This document shows, one piece after another, positions 1 to 9,487 of a DNA stretch of 64,000 nt. A program made the position numbers and the translations under genes. The DNA is taken from contig CAWCYI010000007.1 of NCBI GenBank assembly GCA_963799845.1, positions 96,001 to 160,000 on the forward strand. The letters run 5' to 3'. The DNA comes from an uncultured Nitrososphaerota archaeon (GTDB lineage: Archaea; Thermoproteota; Nitrososphaeria; Nitrososphaerales; CADDZS01). How positions within the stretch are numbered: position 1 is the first letter of the stretch; every line of letters starts with the position of its first letter. Under the pieces are notes generated by a model that saw only the letters and a list, made by a program, of their open reading frames with translations, had not been told where the DNA came from and ran no database searches.

Positions 1-83
1 GTCAAATGTAAGTAGACTGATTGCTTCAATCAAGCATATCGAATTTGGTAAAAAATAGGCGCTGAAATACGAGTGATTAGTTA

Positions 84-362
84 TTGAATAAGGTAAGAAA
101 ACTCGCCGAAGACCTTTTGGCGAAATATCCTACGTTGTTTTCAACAAATTTTGATGCGAATAAGAAGGCTCTTGAAACGGTTGCAATAATTCGGAATCGA
201 GCTCTTCGAAACCAAATTGCAGGAGCCATAACATCAATGGCGGCTGAACTGGTTCCTCCAAAGCCCGAAAGTGGAATGGATCTTGAAGAAGTCATTTCTT
301 CAATCAATTCACCCGCAGCGGAAGAAAATCTACCTGCAGAAGTTTCTCAGCAAGCTGTGTAA
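84..362 (+). CDS. rps17e: 30S ribosomal protein S17e
   Basis: KYPTLFSTNFDANKK...RNQIAGAIT S17e signature; acidic C-terminal extension. Confidence 0.92.
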   Translation: MNKVRKLAEDLLAKYPTLFSTNFDANKKALETVAIIRNRALRNQIAGAITSMAAELVPPKPESGMDLEEVISSINSPAAEENLPAEVSQQAV

Positions 363-404
363 TTCATTACAAGGGAGGACCCGAGAAGGGGTGCCTTTCT
401 CTTA

Positions 405-1251
405 ATGTTAGTCAAATTACGAGACGGAACATCATTTGAACTTTCGATAGTTCCGCTCCGGGAAGTGAGGCCTCATGAGGCCACGATTCCAAAACTACTC
501 GATTCTTTACTGAAGGATCTGCGGAGAACTCGGGAACAAAGAGATCCTATAATTATCGATAAGAAGACTCATACTGCCCTAGATGGGATGCACCGCCGCG
601 CAGCATTGAATGCTCTCGGCGCTAGATTTGCAGTATGCGCGGAGTTCGAATACCTGGAAGATTCTGTAAAACTTGAAAGGTGGTTGCGATATTTCATCGC
701 ACCGAGCGAGCACTTTCTTTCAGAGTTAATTTCACTTCTAAAATTAAGGCGGAGTAAGAATTTCAGGAAGGCTGCCAGTGAAGTTGATTCTGAAGAAAGC
801 AAGTTGGCGCTTTTGTCAGCAGCCAGTTCTTATGTAAGTGAGCGACGGTGGAACATCCTCGAAGTATACGACGCACTTGGCCAGGTTGATCAATTGTGCT
901 CGGATTACAAAATAGAGCTTGAATTCACCACAGAGTCCTCTAAATTTGAGACTATTCACATCGGAGTCCGTCCACGTCCTCTACCCCGAGAGACTTACCA
1001 AGAAAGACGTACTCGAAATGGTTCGAGAGAATCGAGTTTTTCCTTGCAAGACGACAAGGCATATTGTTCCGGTCAGACCGATGGGTGTGTTTTTTCCCCT
1101 GAAGAACCTGCAGAATTCGACCAAATCCGAATGTTCTGAAAAGCTTGAGAATATCGTAAATTTAAGTAAGATAGAGATCGAGAGAAGGGAAGTCTGGTAT
1201 GAAGGTAGGAGATACTCCGAGCCCCTCGCAATCTTTCGAAGAAGCAGGTAG
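405..1251 (+). CDS. SerK/SbnI-like ParB/Srx-fold kinase (putative ADP-dependent free serine kinase); apparent 1-nt frameshift at ~951
   Basis: ORF 405-1139 has PHE...DGMHR...RW; ORF 919-1251 has TKKDVLEMV...FPCKTTRH, matching the SerK C-terminal PKTTRH motif; removing one A in GAGACTA (to GAGCTA) joins them. Confidence 0.72.
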
Positions 1252-1519
1252 TGAATTTGCGTTAGTCCGGATTCACGGAAGCCTTGGAAAACTTCCTGAC
1301 GGAAGGAAGGTAGAGGTAGAAAGGGTTCGAGTTCCCGTCAAAGTTCGAGACATTTTGTCTAATCTTTCCAAATCCTTCGGAGTTGAAATCAGAAGAGATA
1401 GCACCCTCGTTCTTGTAAACGGTGTCGAAGCAAACGCCCTGATGGATTTAGACACTACAGTAATCGGAGGCGACGAAGTGTCTCTCATTCCGATGTTTCA
1501 CGGCGGCTCGGAGCAATAG
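1199..1519 (+). CDS. MoaD/ThiS/SAMP-like ubiquitin-fold protein (true start uncertain, probably near 1255); ends GG-SEQ
   Basis: LVLVNGVE...LDTTV..GDEVSLIPMFHGG beta-grasp signature. Confidence 0.88.
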   Translation: MKVGDTPSPSQSFEEAGSEFALVRIHGSLGKLPDGRKVEVERVRVPVKVRDILSNLSKSFGVEIRRDSTLVLVNGVEANALMDLDTTVIGGDEVSLIPMFHGGSEQ

Positions 1520-2104
1520 TTGAAGTTCATAGCTCCATCGTGGGATGAAGTTCTGGCAAAGTCAATAAAGCTCGCAGAGAATATTCGCAAGACAGAGCGA
1601 TTTCAGTTCGATTGCATCATCGGCGTTTCCCGGGGTGGACTTGCGCTGACGAGGATCATGTCAGACCTCCTGGACATCCAGAACGTCATGATTACAAGAT
1701 GCGAATATTACACCGATATCGGTGAAAAAAAGAAAAAGCCTGTCATTACCCAAAAGATTCAAGGAAATATCTCGGGTAGAAATGTCCTTGTTGTTGATGA
1801 TGTGGCAGACACTGGAGAGAGTCTGCTAGTTATCAAGAGTTACTTGGAGTCAAAAAGACCGAATCAGGTAAAGATTGCGACTATTTTCATAAAGCCTTGG
1901 TGTAAGGTAATGCCGGATTATTTTGTGAGCAGAACCGACGCTTGGATCATCTTCCCATGGGAGTATTACGAAGCGATAAAGTCCCTTTCTGCAACTAACA
2001 ACAAAGACATCCTGTCCAAGACGCGTATTCCGCCGAAGTATATCGAAATGCTCTACAAGATGGATAGATCTCTAAGACAGCGATGGAAAAGGACCGCCAA
2101 TTGA
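1520..2104 (+). CDS. Type I phosphoribosyltransferase (purine PRT-like)
   Basis: SRGG, VLVVDDVADTGES PRPP-binding loop, WIIFPWE. Confidence 0.9.
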   Translation: MKFIAPSWDEVLAKSIKLAENIRKTERFQFDCIIGVSRGGLALTRIMSDLLDIQNVMITRCEYYTDIGEKKKKPVITQKIQGNISGRNVLVVDDVADTGESLLVIKSYLESKRPNQVKIATIFIKPWCKVMPDYFVSRTDAWIIFPWEYYEAIKSLSATNNKDILSKTRIPPKYIEMLYKMDRSLRQRWKRTAN

Positions 2105-2677
2105 AAACTGGAGGCTTGCAGGATTTCAAAGCTTTCTGATCATGGCAAATACTGGTCTCGCAATGTAGGGAAAAATGGAGAGACGGTTTGTTTTGCGGCC
2201 GCGTTTTGTTTAAGGGTACGCCAGGATTTCACTAAAATCGCGAAGGGGTTTCCCGAAGGCGTTGTCCTTTGTAATCCTGAAATGATCGCGGGAATAGAAC
2301 ACCTGGAAGCAATCCTGACCCAGACGAAGGAATACTTCGACAGAAATCAGAGACTTGTGAGGAACGGATCTCTGGAAATCTTGATGAGAATTACCTGTCA
2401 AAGACAAATTTCAGAAGCGATTGCCGCCTCTCATATTGAAGACACCGAGAGAGTGGCGATTCTCGGACTAGTTCACTCCGAGAGGGAAATAGAAACTTCT
2501 ATCGAACGTCTCTATTCAATTTGTGAGACCGTTGTGCTAGACAATTCTCTTCTTGAATTGAACAAGGAAAAGGCTGCAAGATTAAAGCGATTTCATCGAT
2601 TGCCGAGCTCGCTGACAATGGATAAGCTTCAAACAGCACTTCAGGAACGATCGATTCTACTAATGTTTTCCAAGTAG
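2101..2677 (+). CDS. cgi121: KEOPS complex subunit Cgi121; probable TTG start at 2101 with a 1-nt frameshift at AGCT ~2133
   Basis: HL...LEILMRITCQRQISEAI motif; frame is open from 2105; TTGA overlap with the upstream stop. Confidence 0.75.
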
Positions 2678-3291
2678 GATAGGACGCGATTTCCGGGCAC
2701 TGCACCCTCTCTTATGATTTGGATTGAATCTTCTCTTGAAGCATCGACAATCGTGGATGATAGACCACCTTCACCGCACTGTCCAGACACGAAGTAATCA
2801 GCCATGTCTGCAAGGTCTAGGAGCGACGGGTCTCTGGAATTCGTATAGGGACTTTCCCCGGAAATATTTGCGCTGGTTCCGATTAGAGCACCACCACAAA
2901 TTGAAATCAATCGCTGGCAACATCCGTGATTCGGAACTCTGACTGCGAGAGTTCTTTCACTTCCAATCAATTCTTCTGGCAGATTCGATTCCTTAACCGG
3001 CAGAATCAGAGTCAGTTTGCCAGGCCAAAAGTGGTCGGCAATTGACCTGCTTTTTTCGTCAAATTGCACAATATGACCAGCCACCTCAATGTTGGAGACC
3101 AAAACAGGCATCCGCTTCGCTCTGTCTCGTTTCTTAATTTCATAACAATTCCTGACGCCCCTAGAAGAGTACGGACTCGAACCCAGTCCATAGACAGTAT
3201 CAGTCGGAAAAATTACCACCGCTCCTCTCAGGACAGAGTCTCGGACCTTTGAAAAGTCAGATTCGCAAGTAAGTCTGACTACCATAGGCAC
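2641..3291 (-). CDS. sua5: L-threonylcarbamoyladenylate synthase (Sua5/YrdC/TsaC)
   Basis: FPTDTVYGL, KKR, FWPGKLTLIL, TSANISG, SSTIVD motifs. Confidence 0.95.
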   Translation of the reverse strand: MPMVVRLTCESDFSKVRDSVLRGAVVIFPTDTVYGLGSSPYSSRGVRNCYEIKKRDRAKRMPVLVSNIEVAGHIVQFDEKSRSIADHFWPGKLTLILPVKESNLPEELIGSERTLAVRVPNHGCCQRLISICGGALIGTSANISGESPYTNSRDPSLLDLADMADYFVSGQCGEGGLSSTIVDASREDSIQIIREGAVPGNRVLSYLENISRIDRS

Positions 3292-3432
3292 AATCTCCTT
3301 TTCTGTAGATGATTATTGAGATCGCATAGATCATTAGTTTCTAAGTGCACTAGATTCCTGATCAACTTCTACGGCAATGAAAATGTTTATCTGAGCGCTA
3401 GAACAATTACACCCCGCTTCGGTGGAAAAGTC

Positions 3433-3525
3433 TTGTCAGAGGAAGATGCCGAACTAGACGAAGAATTCAGTGACGAGGATATTGACGAAGGTTGGGAAGA
3501 AGACTTTGATGACGAGAATGAGTAA
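3433..3525 (+). CDS. 30-aa highly acidic microprotein
   Basis: TTG start with GGTGG SD-like element ~7 nt upstream; 19/30 D/E; T-rich tract downstream. Confidence 0.5.
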   Translation: MSEEDAELDEEFSDEDIDEGWEEDFDDENE

Positions 3526-3642
3526 GTTTCAATCTTTCCTTGGCTTTTTGGTTGTTTAAATTCTTGGTTCCTCTCCAACCCTGATTTCATGATCCCTTTC
3601 GGAATAGCTTTTTTGCCTGGGTTCCATGCTTGAGAGACTGAT

Positions 3643-4338
3643 TTGAGACATTTCATAATTAACTCGAAGAATTACCTTGAGGCTTCAGGCGGAAAGCTCG
3701 AAAAACTCCGGTCAGCAATTCAAACCGTTTCCCGGCGGGATATTTTCACGAAAATAAGATTCTATTTAGCTGCTTCTGCTTTCGGGATCTGCATGCCGGC
3801 CCATGAAGACGCTTCTTTCGATGTAATCGCACAACACGTAGATGCGGCGAGTGTCGGCTCTACAACGGGATTCCTAGTTCCAGAAATTGCAAAGTCTTTT
3901 GGAGCAACCGGTTCTCTCGTAAATCACAGCGAACACCGAATCGGAGTAGACCAGATCGAAAAGATTGTCTCTCATCTCCGGCAGATCCAAATGATTTCAG
4001 TGGTTTGCGCTCAAGACGATAGCGAGGTCGCGATCTTTAGCAAGTTCAATCCCGATTTCATTGCAATCGAACCACCCGATTTGATAGGTTCCGGCAAGGC
4101 CGTGTCGAAGGTAAGACCCGATATCATAACCAACTCTCGAAGGTCGCTTGAAGAAAACAAGGCACCTGATTCCGTCACCAAGCTCCTCTGCGGAGCGGGG
4201 ATCGTGAATGGAATTGACGCCAGACTCGCTATCGAAATGGGAGCCGAGGGAATACTCGTCGCCAGTGGTGTAATCAAAGCCGCTAACTGGGCAGAAAAAA
4301 TTACCGAACTGGCCCAAGGGCTTAGCGACGCAGCATAG
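3643..4338 (+). CDS. tpiA: Triosephosphate isomerase (archaeal type)
   Basis: INSKNY, AQHVD, NHSEHR, IEPPDLIGSG, GAGI, LVASG. Confidence 0.96.
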   Translation: MRHFIINSKNYLEASGGKLEKLRSAIQTVSRRDIFTKIRFYLAASAFGICMPAHEDASFDVIAQHVDAASVGSTTGFLVPEIAKSFGATGSLVNHSEHRIGVDQIEKIVSHLRQIQMISVVCAQDDSEVAIFSKFNPDFIAIEPPDLIGSGKAVSKVRPDIITNSRRSLEENKAPDSVTKLLCGAGIVNGIDARLAIEMGAEGILVASGVIKAANWAEKITELAQGLSDAA

Positions 4339-4564
4339 CCAGAACTATTCCCGCAATTGAAATGATGATTAGTATAGGCGAAGTGGCAAAGTACAATCCA
4401 TTACTCTTGTATACATAGAGTATGATCCAGGGTATTTTCACTCCTGAAAGCGAGCCCGATCTCGCAATGATCGGAATAAGAAAAAGCGCAACGCCGAGCA
4501 GAATGAAAAATGCCCCCAGCAAATAAAAAGCCCAGTTACTTGATAACTCCGCGCTTTGGCTCAT
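4322..4564 (-). CDS. Small membrane protein
   Basis: Two hydrophobic segments; ATG start. Confidence 0.6.
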   Translation of the reverse strand: MSQSAELSSNWAFYLLGAFFILLGVALFLIPIIARSGSLSGVKIPWIILYVYKSNGLYFATSPILIIISIAGIVLAMLRR

Positions 4565-4632
4565 CGGAAACTAAATTGGAACTCCATTAAGATATAAATT
4601 ATGAATCTTGATCATTTATCGTCAGCTTTCCA

Positions 4633-5706
4633 TTGGGAGAAATGAAAGAGATCCGCGCTGCCTTTGTAAAAAGTGAAGGCGGCGGCGTCGAGTTGCGTAC
4701 AGTTGCCAGACCGATAGTGGAAGAGGGTTCGATTCTGATATCTATGAAGGCGTCGGGGGTTTGCGGTACTGATCTGGAGAAACTGACGGGTAAAGGAATT
4801 ACCTCCACCATACTCGGCCACGAAGTATCGGGGGTGGTGATTGAATCTCGGGCAAAAAACTTTGAGAAAGGCGATCGAGTAATTCCGCATCATCATGTAT
4901 CATGCAACGAGTGCGAACTGTGTCTTGCAGGGGCTGAGACCATGTGCCAAAAATACAAGAACAGCAATTTCACGCCTGGAGGGTTCGCCGATGAATTTCT
5001 CCTCCCCACTTACAACGTGAAGAATGGCGGGATCTACAAAATCTCGGATAACTTGAGCTTTGAAGAGGCTTCATTTGCCGAACCTCTGGGATGTTGCATC
5101 AGAGGATTGACGCATGCAGGCGTGCTGACAAATAATGGAAAAGCTGGAAAACAGTTGCGTAACGCTCTCGTTGTCGGGGCAGGGCCTATCGGCCTGTTGC
5201 ACATGGAGCTTCTTCGGTCTTCATTCCATGACCTTATGTTGAGTGCAGTCGACGTGATAAGTTCGAGACTGGAGTTTGCTGAAAGAAACGAGAAAGCAAA
5301 CATTGTCAATGCGAGCAGGTTGGAAAACGGAGCTTTTTCGGAGAGCTGTAGAAAACTGATTGGGCCGTTGGGTTACGATCTTGTTGTGGTTGCAACCGGT
5401 AGCGAGAAAGCATTCGGGGAGGCGATAAAGTGTGTCAGGAAATCTGGAACGCTTCTGCTCTTCGGGGTTCCGCACAAGGGAGCGACACACTCACTCGATC
5501 TGGCAAGGTTGCTGTTGGATGAACTGACGATCACCTCGAGCTACGCCACTTCCGAAACTGAGCTCCAACGTGCAATCGAACTATTGGAAGAGAGGAAAAT
5601 TGACGTGAAGAAATTCGTAACGTCAACCTACCCACTCGAAAAAGTGGATGAAGCAATGTCTGCAGCAAGATCTGAAAGTCAGGTCAAGGTTTTGGTCACT
5701 GGATAA
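4633..5706 (+). CDS. Zn-dependent MDR alcohol/polyol dehydrogenase
   Basis: GVCGTD, GHE, CxxCxxC..C structural Zn site, GAGPIG. Confidence 0.93.
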   Translation: MGEMKEIRAAFVKSEGGGVELRTVARPIVEEGSILISMKASGVCGTDLEKLTGKGITSTILGHEVSGVVIESRAKNFEKGDRVIPHHHVSCNECELCLAGAETMCQKYKNSNFTPGGFADEFLLPTYNVKNGGIYKISDNLSFEEASFAEPLGCCIRGLTHAGVLTNNGKAGKQLRNALVVGAGPIGLLHMELLRSSFHDLMLSAVDVISSRLEFAERNEKANIVNASRLENGAFSESCRKLIGPLGYDLVVVATGSEKAFGEAIKCVRKSGTLLLFGVPHKGATHSLDLARLLLDELTITSSYATSETELQRAIELLEERKIDVKKFVTSTYPLEKVDEAMSAARSESQVKVLVTG

Positions 5707-5757
5707 AACGGCAGAATGCTTATTACGCATCTGGAAAAATTTTGAAATTGTAACAAA

Positions 5758-6009
5758 ATGCCTACCACTGCTGTTGTGATTACATTCGATGACGATTATT
5801 CATGCTCAGCGGCCGTGCAGGAGAATCTCAGCATGGATGAACTTCAAAAAATGGTAGGGCGAGGTGTGGAGTTCGACGTCTCGAAATCCAAGATTGCAAA
5901 GGGAAAAGTTGTCGGCCTCGAAGGAGACCTGGTACAAATAAAGTGGTCGGACGTACCACTGGGTCTTGGTCAAAGTAGTATGATGAGGATTATGGATTCA
6001 AACTCGTGA
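5758..6009 (+). CDS. Hypothetical protein resembling the ribosomal L35Ae fold
   Basis: SMDELQKMVGRGVEF...KGKVVGLEG pattern resembles archaeal L35Ae, but basic residues are largely missing. Confidence 0.45.
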   Translation: MPTTAVVITFDDDYSCSAAVQENLSMDELQKMVGRGVEFDVSKSKIAKGKVVGLEGDLVQIKWSDVPLGLGQSSMMRIMDSNS

Positions 6010-6017
6010 GCGAAGAA

Positions 6018-6167
6018 TCAATCCGAATTTTCACAGATCATACAAACTCGTCCCCGGTGCAAAGTAACCGGCATTATGTCGGGGTACTTGGGATGTTTTT
6101 GACACTTTGAACAGGCGCGATAGTCCAAAGTTGTCGAAACTAGCGATTGTTGACTATTAGCAGACAT
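6018..6167 (-). CDS. 49-aa CxxC/CxxC zinc-finger microprotein (not in ORF track)
   Basis: MSANSQQSLVSTTLDYRACSKCQKHPKYPDIMPVTLHRGRVCMICENSD* by manual translation. Confidence 0.5.
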   Translation of the reverse strand: MSANSQQSLVSTTLDYRACSKCQKHPKYPDIMPVTLHRGRVCMICENSD

Positions 6168-6312
6168 TTGCTAGCAGCGAAATTTGTATCGCGATTTAAG
6201 CCGCTACGTACTTTTTCCAAAAGAAAAGCAATCCGTTTTTACTAGAACGGAAAGGATTGATCATCCAGATTATGAATTCGTACTCTGAATACAGAAAATT
6301 TAGGGCGCTGTC

Positions 6313-6450
6313 CTAATTCAGCGTGAATTCCGCGCAGTAGTTTTGCGTCCGTTCCGGATCGAAAAGGCAACCCGGACAAAGGCCCTCGATCTCATCTGAC
6401 TCTAACATCGGCAGGTAATCGTCGCCACACCTCGCGCAGGTAGCAGTCAT
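6313..6450 (-). CDS. 45-aa CxxC/CxxC zinc-finger microprotein
   Basis: ATG at 6450; CARC...CPGC. Confidence 0.55.
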   Translation of the reverse strand: MTATCARCGDDYLPMLESDEIEGLCPGCLFDPERTQNYCAEFTLN

Positions 6451-6631
6451 GTTCTTACACCCTATATTGTGCGGCTTACCTAATATCAGTTTCCCAAAAA
6501 AAGGTCGAGTTAGGCGCAATCTAGGGATTTATGACAATGTTTTTATAATTTGAGAGGCCATTAATCTCCCTAGCGATGAGTAAGGTAACTGAGAAAATTT
6601 TTCCCGAAATGAACTACCCTGCGAGGTCAAT

Positions 6632-6943
6632 GTGATGGCAGAGGTATGTACGACGTGTGGTCTCCCAAAGGATCTTTGTGTGTGCGAGGAACTCGAAAAA
6701 GAGGAAACTCGTATTGTCGTCCGCCTGGAGATGAGGCGATTCAGAAAGCCCACAACGATGGTTGAGGGTTTGAATCCGAAAAGAACGGATCTGGTCCGTA
6801 TCGCAAAGGATTTGAAAAGCAAACTAGCTTGCGGGGGAACGGCAAAAGAGGGGTACATACTCCTTCAAGGAGATCATAGGGATCAGGTCAGAGATAGCCT
6901 GGTCAATATGGGCTTCGGCGAAGGCACGATCGAAGTTCAGTGA
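6632..6943 (+). CDS. Translation initiation factor SUI1/aIF1
   Basis: CTTCGLPKDLCVC, LKSKLACGGTAK, LQGDHR. Confidence 0.96.
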   Translation: MMAEVCTTCGLPKDLCVCEELEKEETRIVVRLEMRRFRKPTTMVEGLNPKRTDLVRIAKDLKSKLACGGTAKEGYILLQGDHRDQVRDSLVNMGFGEGTIEVQ

Positions 6944-6956
6944 TGGCAACCGTCTA

Positions 6957-7178
6957 ATGGCTAGCCTCGACGAGGACACTAATTCTAAAGCCGAGCCCAA
7001 GCTAAAATTCAAACGTAGAAGTCTTGCGGGTCGGAAGAAACTTTGCCCGCAGTGCCTTTCAGAACTTGCTATTGCAACTTCGGTTTCGGGATGGCTTGTT
7101 CCCAACTACTATTTTTGTTCACAGTGCGGGTATTCGGGCTACGTGGCTCTCGAAAACGCTCCCAAAGAAGATTGCTGA
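6957..7178 (+). CDS. Small zinc-ribbon protein
   Basis: CPQC...GWL.P.YFCSQCGYSG. Confidence 0.75.
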   Translation: MASLDEDTNSKAEPKLKFKRRSLAGRKKLCPQCLSELAIATSVSGWLVPNYYFCSQCGYSGYVALENAPKEDC

Positions 7179-7180
7179 TT

Positions 7181-7363
7181 TTATCTCAGCGACTTTTTTG
7201 TTTTCTTCGAAAGATGTTTCATCGTATTTTCTTTCTTGGGCTTTTTCGCTTTAGCTTCCTTCGGACGCTCGGCTGAGGCTTTCTCCTCCTCTTCCATCTC
7301 TTTCATAGCTTCTTCTATGGCCTTCTTGAATTCGTCGCCCATCGGGTCGGTAAAGTAAGCCAA
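7181..7363 (-). CDS. Small charged hypothetical protein
   Basis: Acidic N-half, Lys-rich C-half; directly downstream of thyX. Confidence 0.45.
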   Translation of the reverse strand: MAYFTDPMGDEFKKAIEEAMKEMEEEEKASAERPKEAKAKKPKKENTMKHLSKKTKKSLR

Positions 7364-7390
7364 ATTGAATTCATTTGCCTCGTAAATCGG

Positions 7391-8020
7391 TCAAGCTTCT
7401 ATGACCTCCTTAAAGATGCTCGGAGCTACTTTCTTGCACTCTTTGAGCATGAGTTCAGCCAGTTCGCGGATTTCCCATTGAGCCTGGGTAGCGGTTCTCT
7501 GCCAGAAAAAGTGCATGAGGCTTCTTGCATTCGCGGTAACAACGAGCTTTGTTCCGATTGATTGTGGTAGAATAAATCGGGCATCTTCCTTCGGAACCTC
7601 AAGCTCCTTCAACTTCCTAAACGCCTCAACGGAGGACTTGATAAACTCCGCATACACAGATAATGCTTCGGGATTATTCAGGATTGATGGAGGAGTGATG
7701 AAGTCTTCTCGCTCGACAGCGCTGAACCTTTGACTCTCCTGGTCGTAACTTGCAATACGATGGCGAACCAGCTGGTGGCTGCATATCCTGCTAATTCCTT
7801 CAATCTCGAACATGAAAACGGCATGCTCGATCACATCGAACGTCTTATCGCGCAATGCCTTCGCGATGAGATCACGTTCGTAGCCCGGTCTCGACGCGAG
7901 CTCTGACTCCAGATCTTCGATGGGCTTCGCACTGTAACATCTTCTCATCGCGAGGGCTACGGTGACTTCGGGATTTGGAGTGTACCATAGTAAGCGGACT
8001 CGGATCATCTGATTTTTCAT
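7391..8020 (-). CDS. thyX: FAD-dependent thymidylate synthase
   Basis: RHRIASYDQESQR motif; PKEDAR, AQWEIR. Confidence 0.96.
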   Translation of the reverse strand: MKNQMIRVRLLWYTPNPEVTVALAMRRCYSAKPIEDLESELASRPGYERDLIAKALRDKTFDVIEHAVFMFEIEGISRICSHQLVRHRIASYDQESQRFSAVEREDFITPPSILNNPEALSVYAEFIKSSVEAFRKLKELEVPKEDARFILPQSIGTKLVVTANARSLMHFFWQRTATQAQWEIRELAELMLKECKKVAPSIFKEVIEA

Positions 8021-8132
8021 TTGATGCGGCTATCAAAAAGTTTTACCCGACGTCCGCAACCCTTTAAGTGCAAGTTGCCGAACTAGCGTAATCTATCCTG
8101 ATTTCTAATCGGCAATACTGGAGTTTGTTTTC

Positions 8133-9487
8133 TTGCAATCAAACTACTTTGGAAAGAAACACAGTTACGCCGGGATCATATTCAGCATCGCCTTGATCCT
8201 TCTACTGGCTGCGGAGTTTTCATCTTTCGCGGTCGGGGCTTATTACGTGTATAACAGCCCGATCAGCTTTGTCATAGCCGAAACTTTGCACTCTACTACT
8301 GAGACGACTTTGTTAGTTAACGCGACCGGGTTGCAAAGCTCCACGAATAGAACCGTCTGGATTGATCCTGAAGTTTCGGTAGATGCTAATCAGACACCGT
8401 ACATCAATACTGATTCAGGTGTAGTGATCGGTAACGTTACTACGAATTCGACGGGAGACATCTCTACGTCGTTTAGGATCGATTCCTCATCGCTTTCAAA
8501 AATCGAATCTGATGGACAGAGCGTTCATGAAGTATGGGTTGTCGGATTGACTTCGAATTATTCAGGAGCTTCCCCTTCATACAAGGGAATTACCAGCGAC
8601 AGCGAACAGAACTACAGTGCCGAGACACGAGGGGCCGGAGTGACCTTTTTCGTGACGCTGATAACGTTCGATGTTCCGATCAGTTTCAACCTCGGACAGC
8701 TCTTCATTGTCTTGTGGACGATTTACCTCATAATGTTCGCGATGGCGATGAACGGCCCGATGAAAAACATCTGGTCCGCAATCAAGGGCTCGGCATCGAG
8801 GGGGGTTTCTGCACTCTTCGACAACTCTATGCTCGCTATGTTGATTGTTTTTCCTGTAGTAACTTGGTTAACGGTCGCGTTGTCTCTACTGGAACAAGCA
8901 GGAGGAATCTCTACGGGCAATCTGCCACCTGCCGATCCCCTCCTGCAGCTTGTCGAACTTTCAATCGCTCCTCTTCGCGAGGAGTGGGATTCAGGGTTAT
9001 TCCGATTGGGCTGGTCGCGCTTGTTATGCTATTCTCGGCAGGAAGATTCAGAGATGGCCTGATGGCACTTTGGCATCCTTCTAGATATTTGAAGAAGAAC
9101 GATTCTCCGGAACAGTACAAACGACACCTGAAATCAATTTACGTCGCCATCATTTTGAGTGCTATACTATTCGGTCTCGCTCATGTTCTCCTCGGCGCCG
9201 GATGGGGCCCAGGAAAAATACTGAGTGCGGCAGTTGCTGGCCTGGGGCTGGCTGGACTGTACTATCTATACGGGCTCCCGGCGGCGATCCTTCTTCACTG
9301 GTCGATAGATTATTTCTTGGGATTGTTTGATCTTTCTCCATCCCTCCAGAATCTCGGTGGACTGATAACTTTCTACACGCTCGGATTGTCTGTTGCAGGG
9401 TCAATCGTTCTAGTCATGATCCTCGTCAGAAAATTTAGAAACAAAGAATTAGGGTTATTTTCGGATACTGGTTACGGCCACAAATGA
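8133..9487 (+). CDS. CPBP (CAAX/Abi) intramembrane glutamic protease with N-terminal extracytoplasmic domain; apparent frameshift at ~8984
   Basis: APLREE+GFR, FGLAH, AAILLHW; restoring a C (GAGCTG) gives EELGFR. Confidence 0.85.

Noticed and set aside
8534-8980. 5' part of ORF 8534-9487 as a separate gene
   Set aside because: It is an alternative frame over the real N-terminal half of the frameshifted CPBP gene.
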